Positions 52,650 to 64,000 of a DNA stretch of 64,000 bases are shown piece by piece. Origin of the DNA: Camelus ferus (Eukaryota); NCBI RefSeq assembly GCF_009834535.1, contig NC_045697.1, forward strand, positions 90,274,001 through 90,338,000, written 5' to 3'. The first letter of the stretch is position 1. Each line of letters opens with the position of its first letter. Position numbers and translations under genes: made by a program. The notes beneath the pieces are model-generated. The model saw only the letters and a program-made list of their open reading frames with translations. It did not search any database and was not told the DNA's origin.

Positions 52650-55600
52650 ATTTTTAATGAATTTTATTGAAGTATAATTTCCATACGATAAAATTCGCTA
52701 ACTTTAAGGGTATAAATCAATGTTTTTACAAATGTATACAGTCACATAATAGCCACCAAAATCAAGATACAGAACATTTCCATGACCTCAAAAACATTTC
52801 CTCATGCCTCTTTGCAGTCAGATCCCCTTTCCACTGGCTCATCACCACGCAATCCCTAATCTTCTCTATGTCACTATAGTTTTTCCTTTGTAAAATGTCA
52901 TATAAATAAAATCACACATTGCCTAGTCTTTTGTACCTGTTTCTTATCATACAGCAGAATATTTCTGAAATTTATGTTGTGTGTATCACTGATTTTTTTA
53001 TTTTATTGTTGATTAGTATTCAATTGTATAGATATATCACAATTTATATATCCATTCACCAGTTGATTGATATTTGGATTATTTTCCGTTTGGGGATGTT
53101 ATAAATAAAGTAGCTAGAGATGTTCACAAAAGAGCTTTTTCACTCACATATCTTTATATTTCTCTTGGGTAAGTATCTAGGAAAGGAATTAGCAGATCAT
53201 ATGATAACTATTTAGCTTTTCTAAATTTAGTCACTCTAGTGGGTGGGTAATGGCATTTAATTGCAGTCTCATATTTCTCATAACTAATAATGTTGACCAT
53301 ATTTCCATTGCATAACTGCCCTGATACAGCTTTTTGGTAAAGTGTCTGTCCAAATATTTGCCCATTTATTAATAAGAGATTTTTGTCTTCTTGAATGGAA
53401 AAAATTTGAACATATTATGTTTCACATCGTCTCTTAGATATATATATATTGACTATTTTCTCAAGTCTATGCCTTGCATCTTCATTTTCTTAAGTGTCTT
53501 TTCAATAAGCAAATTTTTTTTTTATTTTGATGAAGTCCAATTTACCAAAGTTTTATTTTATGGTTCCTCCATTTTGTGACCTCTCAAAAAAATCTTTGCC
53601 TAACATTATTTCACAAAGACTTTCTCCAATATTTTTTCTAGAACATTTACAGTTTAAGTTCTTATATTGAAATTTCTGATCCACTCTGAATAAAAAAAAT
53701 TTTAATGGGTTAAAGTAAAAATCATATAAAGGTCTGGTTTTTGCAAACACATACCAAATTATTTTAACACCATTTTTTTAGATAGAATATTCATTCATTA
53801 AATTACCTTGGCATATATACATGTGGTTCTATTTCTGGACTATTTATTCTGTTTGACTCATCCACAGATCTGTCCTTAAACAAATACTGTACTGTTTTAA
53901 TTATTACAGTTTTATAGTTAAGTCTTTAAATTAGGTAGTATAAGTCCTCTAACTTTGATTTTCTTTTCCATACTATTTTGGTCACCTAAGATCCTCGTAT
54001 TTCCATATTTATATCAGAATCAGATTGTCAGATTCTATATAAAAAATAACCTTTTATAATTTTTATTGGGATTACACTGAATAATAAATCAACTTGAGAA
54101 GAAGTAACACTTTTTATTATAGTCTTCTGATTACATGAGGAGAGTATCTCTTTCTTTATTTAGATGGTCTTCAATTGGTCTCAGTAGTATTTTGCAATTT
54201 TTGGTACACAGATATTGCACACATTTTTATACATTTATTCTTAATTACTTCAGGTTTTTATGCTATTGCAAATGGCACTTTGATGTTTATTCCCTATTTC
54301 TAATTATTCACTGCTAATCTGGAAACACAAAAGATTTTCATAAATTGGCATCTTAACTTGTGATCTTTTTGGACACAAATATTAGTCCTGCAAGTTTTTT
54401 TTTTTAATAAATTCTGTATGTTTTCTCCATAGACAGCCAAATTGTCTCCAAAGAAAGACAGCTGTATTTCTTCCTTTCCAGTCCATATGCTATTTATTTC
54501 CAATAACAATGTGAATCTCCAGTAACAACGGGAAATAGTAACAGTAGGAGAAGACAAACTTGCCTTATTTCTCATTTAAGACAAAAGCATTTGATCTCTC
54601 AAAATCACATATAAAACTAGTTATAATTTTTAGTATATGCCCTTTATCAAGTTGATGAAGTTTCCTTCTATTTTTATTTTGTTTAGAGTTTGTAAAATAA
54701 ATGGGTGTTGAATTTTGCAAATACTTTTTCAGCATTTATTAAGATCATATATATAAAATATAAATATTTATTTACTCACCATGATAAACCACAATTGCTT
54801 CCTTGGGATAAAGACCTCTTAGTCATGATGTACTGATTTTTTTATGTTTTGTTGGATCCAATTTGCTAAAAATTTTTAATGGATTTTTACATCTATCTTC
54901 ATATAGCATATTGGTCTATCATTTCCTTTTCTAGTGATATCTTCATCTGGTACTGTTATCAGAGTAATGTAAGCCTCATAAAATAAATTGAGAAATCCTT
55001 TCACTTCTACTTTCTAGAAGAGTTTGTATATGTTAAGTATTATTTGTACCTTAAGGGCTTGGTAAAATTCACCAAAGAAGTTACCTGGGTATGGTATTTT
55101 CCTTAAAGAAAGTCTTTTAAATATAAATTCAAGTTATTTTTTATTTTTGAGAAAATTTGGTAGTTTAATCTTTCAAGAAATACGCCTATTTCATCTCTAA
55201 ATTGTAGAATGCATGGCATAAACTTTCTGGTTCATCACGTCACCTTCTTATCCATTTAATACCTATAATGTTGGTAAGGATGCCTCATCTTACACTCCTG
55301 ATACTCTTTTTTTTTTTTTTTAATCTGTGTCTTTTTTTAAACTAATGAGCCTGACTAAAGAATTATCCATTTTATTAACATTCACATTTTAATAACAACA
55401 TTTGGTTTTGTTAATGTTCTCTAGTGTCTGTTTTATATTTGAGTTTTGCTATTTTCACAATTATTTTGTTTTTTATTTTATGTTTAATTTGTTCTTGTTT
55501 TTCCAGCTTTTTTTAAAGAGAGCAGTTTAAATCACTGACTTTAAAAAGGACTCTATTTTTTAATACAAGTATTTAAAAATATAAATTTCTCTCTAAGGAA

Positions 55601-56440
55601 TATTATGACTTCTTCCTACAAACGTTGGAAGACTGTAATTTTAATTCATTTCAAAATATTTTCTAATACAACATGTCCTTTCTTTCTGGGCTCATGAGTT
55701 ATGTAGCTCTGTATTATTCGACAGATAAATATTTGAAGATATTCTAGATATCTTTCTGGCATTCATTTCTAGTTTAATTCTGCTATGGTTAGAGAACATA
55801 TTTAAAATTTATTGAGACTTTCTTTATAGCCCAGAACATGATCTATCTTCATAAATGTTCTGTGTATATTGAAAAAATACGTATTCTATTGTCATTGGTA
55901 GGATGTTTTATAATGTCAATTAAGTCAAGTTGGTTTTTAACATTTTTAAAGTTTTCTGTAATCTTACTGATTTTGTCTACTTGTTCTTCACATTACTATG
56001 CGACAGTCATCAATATATCTGACTGTAATTGTGAATTTGTCTCTTTTCTTTTTTAATCATTTATCATTTTTTCTTCACGTGTTCTGGAGCTCTATTACTA
56101 GGTATATAGACATTTACTTTGAATTGTATAGTACCCTTGATGATCCTTTGTCATTATGAAATGAAAATCTACATTACACTTGGTAATATTCCTTGCTCTG
56201 AGTCAATATTAATAATAATATGGTCATGAAATTTTAGACCATTTTTCTTAAAATGTTGTTTGTTCCCATCTCTCCTCTCTTTCTGGGATTCCAATGACAC
56301 ATATGTGAAACCGTCTGGTATTACCCACAGCTCACTAAATCTCTGTATATTACATTTCTCTAGTCTCCCTTTTGGGAGAAATTTTTATTGCTATATGTGC
56401 AAACTCATTGATCTTTATTCCCAAGATCAGATATTGAATG
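52650..56440 (-). mobile_element. Ancient L1M, antisense, 3' UTR through degraded ORF2
   Basis: T-rich antisense L1 motifs throughout; minus-strand peptide NSIWTGKEEIQLSFFGDNLAVYGEN is a decayed version of the ...GKEEVKLSLFADDMI.. region. Confidence 0.82.
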
Positions 56441-56886
56441 CGTTTTGTAAAGAAATTATTGAGTAAGAAAGTAACACAGCAAAAGCATTTCTGCAAATGA
56501 TTATAACATAACCAGAATGTACAGAATTTTTAGGAAGGAATAACTCCGGAAAGATCCAAGAGATCAATATAGGAATCTGGATGCAAAGAGATCAAAAAGG
56601 ATAGACTTGGATTGTGGAACCGAGACTTGAAATAAAAAAGAAGTGTAAAGTAAATATTTCAAAGGGGAATTTATAAAATTTAGTAGAGTATATAAAAATA
56701 CCAAAAAGAGTAATAAATAAAAATTAATTGTTTCAAGGCTTAGTGACCAGAAAAATGATGGTATCACTTGGGAGACATACACACAGCTTAGGTGAAGAGA
56801 GCAATGAAATTGATTTTAGACTAATTATAGGAGATGATACAAGTATAAGCATCCTGGAAGAAACTGAGTTTAAATAAGTAAAGCTT

Positions 56887-59800
56887 GAAGGACATTTTAT
56901 AATGATTAAAGGAGTGATAAAAGATGAGTATATTACACTCATTAATATATATGCACCCAATATAGGAGCACCTAAGTACATAAAACAATTACTAACAGAG
57001 ACAAAGGGGGATATTGATGGAATACAATCACAGTTGGAGATTTTAACACCACATTAACATCACTAGACAGATCTTCCAGACAGAAAATAAATAAGGCAAC
57101 AGAAAAATTAAATAATACAATAGAAAAATTTGATTTGGTGGATATTTTCAGGGCATTACACCTCCCAAAAATAGGATATACATTCTTTTCAAGTGCATAT
57201 GGAACATTTTCCAGGATTGATCATGTATTTGGGCACAAAAAAAAAACCTCAGCATTTTTAAGAAGACGGAAATTATCTCAAGCATCTTTACTGACCACAA
57301 TGCCATGAAACTAGAAATCAACAACAGAGAAACAAAGGAGAACTAAAGGAAGGTACGGAGATTAAACAATATCTTATTAAAAAACCACTGGGTCAATGAG
57401 GAAATCAAAGCTGAAATTTAAAAAATACCTTGAGACAAATGAAAATGAAAGCACAACCACACAAAATTTATGGGACACAGCAAAGGCAGTGCTAAGAGGG
57501 AAGTTTATAGTGATACAGGCCTTCCTCAAAAAAGAAGAACAATCTCAAGTAAACAATTTAACCCACCAGCTGAATGAACTAGAAAAAGAAGAACAAAAAT
57601 CCCCAAAAGGCAGCAGAAGGAAGAAAATTATAAAGATTAGGGAGGAAATAAATAAAACACAGGTTAAAAAGACCATAGAAAATAATCAATCAAACCAAAA
57701 GCTGGTTTTTTGAAAAAGTAAATAAAATGGACGAACCTCTGGCCAAACTCACAAAGAAGAAAAAAGAGAGAGCACAAATTAGCAAAATAAGAAAGGATAA
57801 TGGAGAAATTACAACAAACAAAATAGAAATACAGAATATCATACAAGAATATTATGAAAAACTATACAGAACCAAACTGGATAACCTAGAGGAGATGGAA
57901 AAGTTTCTGGAAACATAGTGTCCACCAAGACTGAATCAAGAAGAAACTGACCACTTGAACAAACCAATCACTAGAAATGAAATCGAAACAGCAATAAAAA
58001 AAACTCCCTACAAATAGAAGTCCAGGACCAGACAGCTTCACTGGGGAATTCAACCAAACATACAAAGAAGAACTCTTACTAGTCCTTCTCAAACTCTTCC
58101 AGAAGATTGAAAAGGAGGGAATACTCCCAAACTCATTCTATGAAGCCACCACCACCCTGATACCAAAACCAGGCAAAGACACTACCAAAAAAGAGAATTA
58201 TAGGCCAATATCACTGATGAACATAGACACCAAAATCCTCACCAAAATATTAGCAAATAGAATCCAACAACACATAAAAAAGATTTTACATCATGACCAA
58301 CTGGGGTTCATCCCAGGGACACAAGGGCTGGTTCAACATACACAAATCAATCAATGTAATACATCACATCAACAAGAGAAAGGACAAAAACCACATGATC
58401 ATCTCAATAGATGCAGAAAAAGCATTTGATAAAATTCAACACACATTTATAATAAAAACTCTCGCCAAAGTGGGTATAGAGGGAACGTATCTCAACATAA
58501 TAAAAGCTATATATGACAAACCTACAGCCAGCATAGTACTCAACGGTGAAAAACTCAAAAGCTTCCCACTAAAATCTGGGACAAGACAAGGATGCCCACG
58601 ATCACCACTCCTATTCAACATAGTCCTGGAAGTCCTAGCCACAGCAGTCAGGCAAGAGAAAGAAATAAAAGGGATCCAAATTGGAAAAGAAGAGGTAAAA
58701 GTGTCACTATATGCCTACGACATGTTACTATATATAGAAAACCCTAAACAGTCCACACAAAAACTACTAGAGCTGATTGAAGAATTCAGCAAGGTAGCAG
58801 GTTGCAAGATTAACGTTCAAAAATAAGTGGCATTTCTTTACACTATTGATGAATCAACAGAAAAAGAAAATAAACAATCCCCTTTAAAATAGCACCCAAA
58901 GTAATAAAATACCTAGGAATAAATCTAACGAAGGAGGTGAAAGAATTATACACAGAAAACTATACACCACTGATGAAGGAAATTAAAGAAGACTTTAAAA
59001 AATGGAAAGATATTCCATGCTCTTGGATTGGAAGAATCAATATTGTTAAAATGGTCACACTGCCCAAGGCAATCTACAGATTTCATGCAATCCCTATCAA
59101 ATTACTCAGGACATATTTCACAAAACTAGAACAAATCATAATAAAATTTATATGGAACCATCAAAGACCTAGAATTGCCAAAGCATTACTGAAAAGAAAC
59201 AAAGAGGCTGGAGGAATAACTCTCCCAGACTTCAGACAATACTATAGAGCTACAGTCATCAAGACAGCATGGTATTGGTACAAAAAGACATATAGACCAA
59301 TGGGACAGAACAGAGAGCCCAGAAATGAACCCACAAACTTTTGGTCAACTAATCTTCAACAAAGGAGGCAAGAATATACAATGGAATAAAGACAGTCTCT
59401 TCAGCAAATGGTGTTGGGAAAATTGGACAGCAGCAAGTAAAACAATAAAGCTAGAACACTCCCTTACACCATACACAAAAATCAACTCAAGATGGATCGA
59501 AGACTTAAACATAAGACAAGATACAATAAACCCCCTAGAGGAAAATATAGGCAAAACATTATCTGACATACATCTCAAAAATTTTCTCCTAGAAGAAATA
59601 AAAGCAAGAATAAACAAATGGGACCTAATGAAACTTAAAAGCTTCTGCACAGCAAAGGAAACCATGAGTAAAACAAAAAGACAACCTACGGAATGGGAGA
59701 AAATTTTTGCAAGTGAAACCGACAAAGGCTTGATCTCCAGAATATATAAGCAGCTCATACGACTTAATAAGAAAAAAATAAACAACCCAATCCAAAAATG

Positions 59801-60710
59801 GGCAGAAGACCTAAACAAGCAATTCTCCAATGAAAAAATACAAATGATCAACAGGCACATGAAAAAATGCTCAGTATCACTAATTATCAGAGAAATGCAA
59901 ATCAAAACTACAATGAGGTATCACCTCACACCAGTCAGAATGGCCAGTCATTCAAAAATCCACAAATGACACATGCTGGAGAGGCTGTGGAGAAAAGGGA
60001 ATCCTCCTACACTGCTGGTGGGAATGCAGTTTGGTGCAGCCACTATGGAAAACAGTATGGAGATTCCTCAAAAGACTAGGAATAGACTTACCATATGACC
60101 CAGTCATCCCACTCCTGGGCTTGTATCCAGAAGGAAATCTACTTCAGGATGACACCTGCACCCCAATGTTCATAGCAGCACTGTTTACAATAGCCAAAAC
60201 ATGGAAACAGCCTAAATATCCATCAGCAGGTGACTGGATAAAGAAGAGGTGGTATATTTATACAATGGAATACTATTCAGCCATAAAAACTGACAACATA
60301 ACGCCATTTGCAGCAACATGGATGCTCCTGGAGAATGTCATTCTAAGTGAAGTAAGCCAGAAAGAGAAAGAAAAATACCATATGAGATCGCTCATATGTG
60401 GAATCAAAAAAAAAAAAGCATAAATACAGGACAGAAATAGACTCATAGACATAGAATACAGACTTGTGGTTGCCAGGAGGGTGGAGGGTGGGAAGGGATA
60501 GACTGGGGTTTCAAAATTATAGAATAGATAAACAAGATTATACTGTATAACACAGGGAAATATACACAAGATCTTATGGTAGCTCATAGAGAAAAAAATG
60601 TGACAATGAATATATATATGTTCATGGATAACTAAAAACTTGTGCTCTACACTGGAATTTGACACAACATTGTAAAATGATTATAAATCAATAAAAAATG
60701 ATTAAAAAAA
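56887..60710 (+). mobile_element. 5'-truncated young L1, closely related to the 34425 copy; ORF2 disrupted
   Basis: Homology starts gaaggacattttataatg (equivalent of about 37706); catalytic YADD changed to YAYD (58710-58721); several stops and frameshifts; 3' UTR, AATAAA and A run. Confidence 0.96.
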
Positions 60711-61072
60711 GAAAAATACCATATGAGATCGCTCACATGTGGAATCTAAAACAAACAAACAAACAAACAAACAAAGCATAAATACAAAACAGAAATAGAC
60801 TCACAGACACAGAATATAAACTTGTGGCTGCCAAGGGGGCGGGGGGTGCGAAGAGATAGTCTGGGATTTCAAAATTGTAGAATAGATAAGCAAGATTATA
60901 CTGTATAGCACAGGGAAATATATACAAGATCTTATGGTAGCTCACAGAGAAAAAAATGTGATAATGAATATATTATGTTCATGTATAATTGAAAAATTGT
61001 GCTCTACACTGGAATTTGACACATCATAAAATGATTATAAATCAATAAAAAATGTTAAATAAATAAATAAAA
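60711..61072 (+). mobile_element. Second L1 3' end (about 360 bp) directly after the preceding tail
   Basis: Restarts gaaaaataccatatgagatcgctca (equivalent of 60370) and runs through a full 3' UTR, AATAAA and (TAAA)n tail. Confidence 0.93.
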
Positions 61073-61086
61073 TGTTTAAAAGGTCA

Positions 61087-61110
61087 TAATTAATTAATTA
61101 ATTAATTAAT
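61087..61110. repeat. (TAAT)n palindromic microsatellite
   Basis: Read directly. Confidence 0.85.
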
Positions 61111-62198
61111 CTCATGTGAAAAGTCAACCCTAAAGATACTTACATTTAGTCATAATTAGCATAAACAAAAAAAAGGATCAATTATCTATGCAAGAAATTA
61201 TAGTACTGAGAAAAGCAAAGCAGGCCAAGGGACTCTAATCATAGTTAGAAAACGAGAGAATAAAATATAAAAAGCAACAGAAACAAAGGAACAATTCAAG
61301 AGATAATGGGAAGATAGCATAGCTTAAAGTCATAAAAGCCAGTAGAAAAGTGATTAAAGGACAGGACCGGGAGTTTCAATATCACAAACTTCTGCAGAAA
61401 TTTAAAGAAAAAATAAGAACTGAGAAAATGACATCTTCGTGATACTCAAGGTGGACAAAGTCAAAGTAATAGTAAAAATTCTTTAATCAGCTATTAAGAA
61501 AGGAAGCAGTAGCAATAGTGTCAGGCTGGGAGAAATTTACTTACAGGTCTCTGAAGTGCTCCACCATTCTATGACAAGCAATTGAGAAGCAACAATTTCT
61601 AACCAGACACAAGTATGCAGACCTTTAACTACCAGTAAAATATTTAGATTACGAAAAGGGGTTACACTGAAGTGCCATAAAAGATATGCTTTAAATCAGA
61701 GTGCTTTAACATTCACATTTCCACAAACAAGTCTACCTTTAAAACATCATCACTAAGTATAATAAACAAAACTTCTGACTCTAACTTAGCTTGAGTTTAC
61801 ACAAAGTTTACAAACATAAAAGTAAAGTTACAATTAGAACAGAACTACAGGTAGTCTCCAAAATTTAAGATCAAAGTAATAGGGTATCCAAAAAGTAAAA
61901 TTCACATTTTTCCTTTAACCATTTGTAAATGTATTTCAAATCTAACTGTATAACTCTGTTCAGTCCTCTCTGTGGTCTATTAAATGCAGCATGTTAAGCA
62001 ACAGGAAGTAAGATGAATTCTTTGGTAACTAGTATCCACAACTCCACACCTCATATAGTTTTCTTCAACCATCCTTCTTTTACTTTTATGGCAAACCTAT
62101 ACTCCCAGCATATCTGGATTTGAAGAATCTGAAAAAATACTGTCCCAAATCAATTGTTCAAGAGTTTGGGGAAAGTTCTTTTTAAAACTCATGTACAA

Positions 62199-62778
62199 GC
62201 ACTATTTACAATAGCCAAGACATGGAAACAATCTAAATATTCATGATGGATGACTGGATAAAACAGCTGTAGTATATTTATACAATAGAATACTATTTAG
62301 CCATAAAAAATAATAAAATAATGCCATTTGCAGCAACTTGGATGGACCTGGGGATTGTCATACTAAGTGAAGTAAGCCAGAAAGACAAGGAAAAATAAAA
62401 TATGGTATCACTTATATGAGGAATCTCAAAAAAGGACACAAATGAACTTATTTACAAACCAGAAACAGACTCACAGACATAGACAACAAACTTATATGGT
62501 TACCAGTGGGGAAAGGGAAGGGTGGAAGGATAAAATGGGAGTTTGTGATTTGCAGATACTACTATACATAAAATAGATAAACAACAAGGTCCTACTGAAT
62601 AGCACAGGAAACTATATTCAATACCTTGTAAAAGTGTATAATGAAAAAGAAAATAAAAAGGAATATATTATCTGTGTATATATATAGAGAGAGAACTGAA
62701 CCACTATGTTGTACACCAGAAATTAACACACTGTAATTCGATTATACTTTAATTTTTAAATTTTTCAAAAAATAAAAT
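62199..62778 (+). mobile_element. 5'-truncated older L1 3' end with TSD
   Basis: 15-bp TSD with one mismatch: aaaactcatgtacaa (62184-62198) / aaaactcatgcacaa (62779-62793), preceded by a T run (TT/AAAA). Confidence 0.92.
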
Positions 62779-63269
62779 AAAACTCATGCACAATAACTAA
62801 GTTAACTAGTGTCCTGATTTTTTATTTAAAGTCAGATACTTTTAGTGGTAAACTATTAAGAAATGTCACAAACTTTTGAAATTACACAATTGTTTTTTTC
62901 ACCACTGGAGTCTGCTGCAAGTTTATATGGAAATAATAAAAAACTAAAAATCTTATCATCTGGCATGAAATTGATTATAGTTAGACAAAAGTTGGACAGC
63001 CTTAATATAACCAATCCAAAGGGGGAAAAAAAAACAACATTTTCAGTTCCTACTTCATGGTTTCCTATCCTGCCTATTCCTATAAACAACACCATGCTTC
63101 ATAATATATGGTTGAGTACATTAAAAATTCAAATTCTATTCAAAGTAGAAGCCTATTAGAAATAATAAAGTTTAAGAAGATACAAGATCAGAAAAAAATA
63201 ACTAATTTTATTCCAAACAGCAACAAATAATTAAAAAATTTATTACCAAAATAGCTACTATATCAGAAG

Positions 63270-63690
63270 TAGTTTTGTCTGAAAGTACAGAAAATAAAAT
63301 TATAGTTACTTAAACAAAATGAAGGTTTATTTTTCCCACATGGCAAGAAACCTGGAGATAAGCAGTCACTTGATTCAGCTGCTCTACAATGTCAGTGAGA
63401 ACCTAAGGGCTTTTTCCATCCATCTAACTGCTATGTTCTTTATATTTAAGTTCTACCATTTCTTTTTCACAAAATACTTGAAATAGCTCTAAGCACCGAG
63501 ACTTCATACCTGCATCACAAGCAGAAAGAACAGGGAAAAGATATCATCAGTAACACACCCGTCTTTTGCCAGAAAAAAAGAAAGTTCCTAATGAGTACCC
63601 TTCATAAGACTTCCTAAGTGTCACTAGACAGAACTATGGCCACCTCAAGCTGCAGAGGAGGTTAAAAATTGCTACTATATTAGCCAATAC
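63270..63690 (-). mobile_element. Old MaLR (MLT1J/K-like) LTR, degenerate
   Basis: acttaaacaaaatgaaggtttattttt; cactagacagaactatggccacctcaagctgcagagg. Confidence 0.5.
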
Positions 63691-63714
63691 ACAATGTATG
63701 CACAGACTCTTCTT

Positions 63715-63990
63715 AAAAACTCATCAAAATATATATGGTACCTAGGAATAAAATTTAATAAAAGATATGCAAGAACCTAAAAGAGTAAATGATAACAATT
63801 TATTCAAAGACATAAACAGAGACTTAAATACATGGAAAGATATATTCAGGAGTGGAAAGAATCAACACTGTAAAAGTAGCAATTATCCCCTAGTTAACCT
63901 ATGAATCAATTCCTTGATGGAATTCCAATCAAGATCCCAATTTTTTATAGAAATTCAAAGCTTATCGTAAGTTTTACCAACTTTAATTAT
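63715..63990 (+). mobile_element. Ancient L1 ORF2 fragment
   Basis: tacctaggaataaaatttaataaaagatatgcaagaacc...ggaaagaatcaacactgtaaaa. Confidence 0.75.
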
Positions 63991-64000
63991 ATCTGGTCAT

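Noticed and set aside
36225..60945. Hydrophobic minus-strand ORFs such as 40102-40545 and 59345-59905 that recur between loci
   Set aside because: Antisense shadows of A-rich L1 coding sequence; they recur because the L1 copies are homologous
165..63159. Numerous 60-120 aa ORFs outside L1
   Set aside because: Short, many with TTG/GTG starts, no recognisable domains, several crossing microsatellites (VCVCVC, HTHTHT); expected background in mammalian DNA
1..64000. CRISPR array, tRNA, rRNA or operon-like system
   Set aside because: No repeat-spacer periodicity or structural RNA signature seen; the content is eukaryotic interspersed repeats

Overview
This is mammalian non-coding, repeat-rich DNA, not microbial. 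A cetartiodactyl source, most plausibly a camelid, is inferred from L1 end sequences recalled from memory, a short Tigger1 derivative and the lack of Alu/B1/Bov/PRE/SINEC-type SINEs. I recognised no host exon, RNA gene or CRISPR array. LINE-1 dominates. There is one full-length, young but disabled copy (34425-41476) with a perfect 13-bp TSD, a CpG-island 5' UTR, ORF1, ORF2 and 3' UTR. There is also a closely related 5'-truncated copy (56887-60710) followed by a second L1 3' end, plus several older fragments. Ancient MIR, L2, MLT, MER21, LTR16 and Tigger relics and microsatellites fill much of the rest. Nearly all long ORFs in the track are L1 pieces or their antisense shadows. I see no evidence of a new multi-gene system. 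The most notable items concern L1 biology: a 255-bp identical tract shared by two otherwise ~4%-diverged copies and carrying the same RT-motif mutation (conversion or assembly artefact); an internal, poly(A)-less L1 fragment inside a 19-bp duplication; a 363-codon antisense frame in the 5' UTR; a spacer ORF overlapping the ORF2 start; and an isolated perfect 20-bp inverted repeat. Repeat family names come from memory of consensus sequences and need RepeatMasker/Dfam confirmation.
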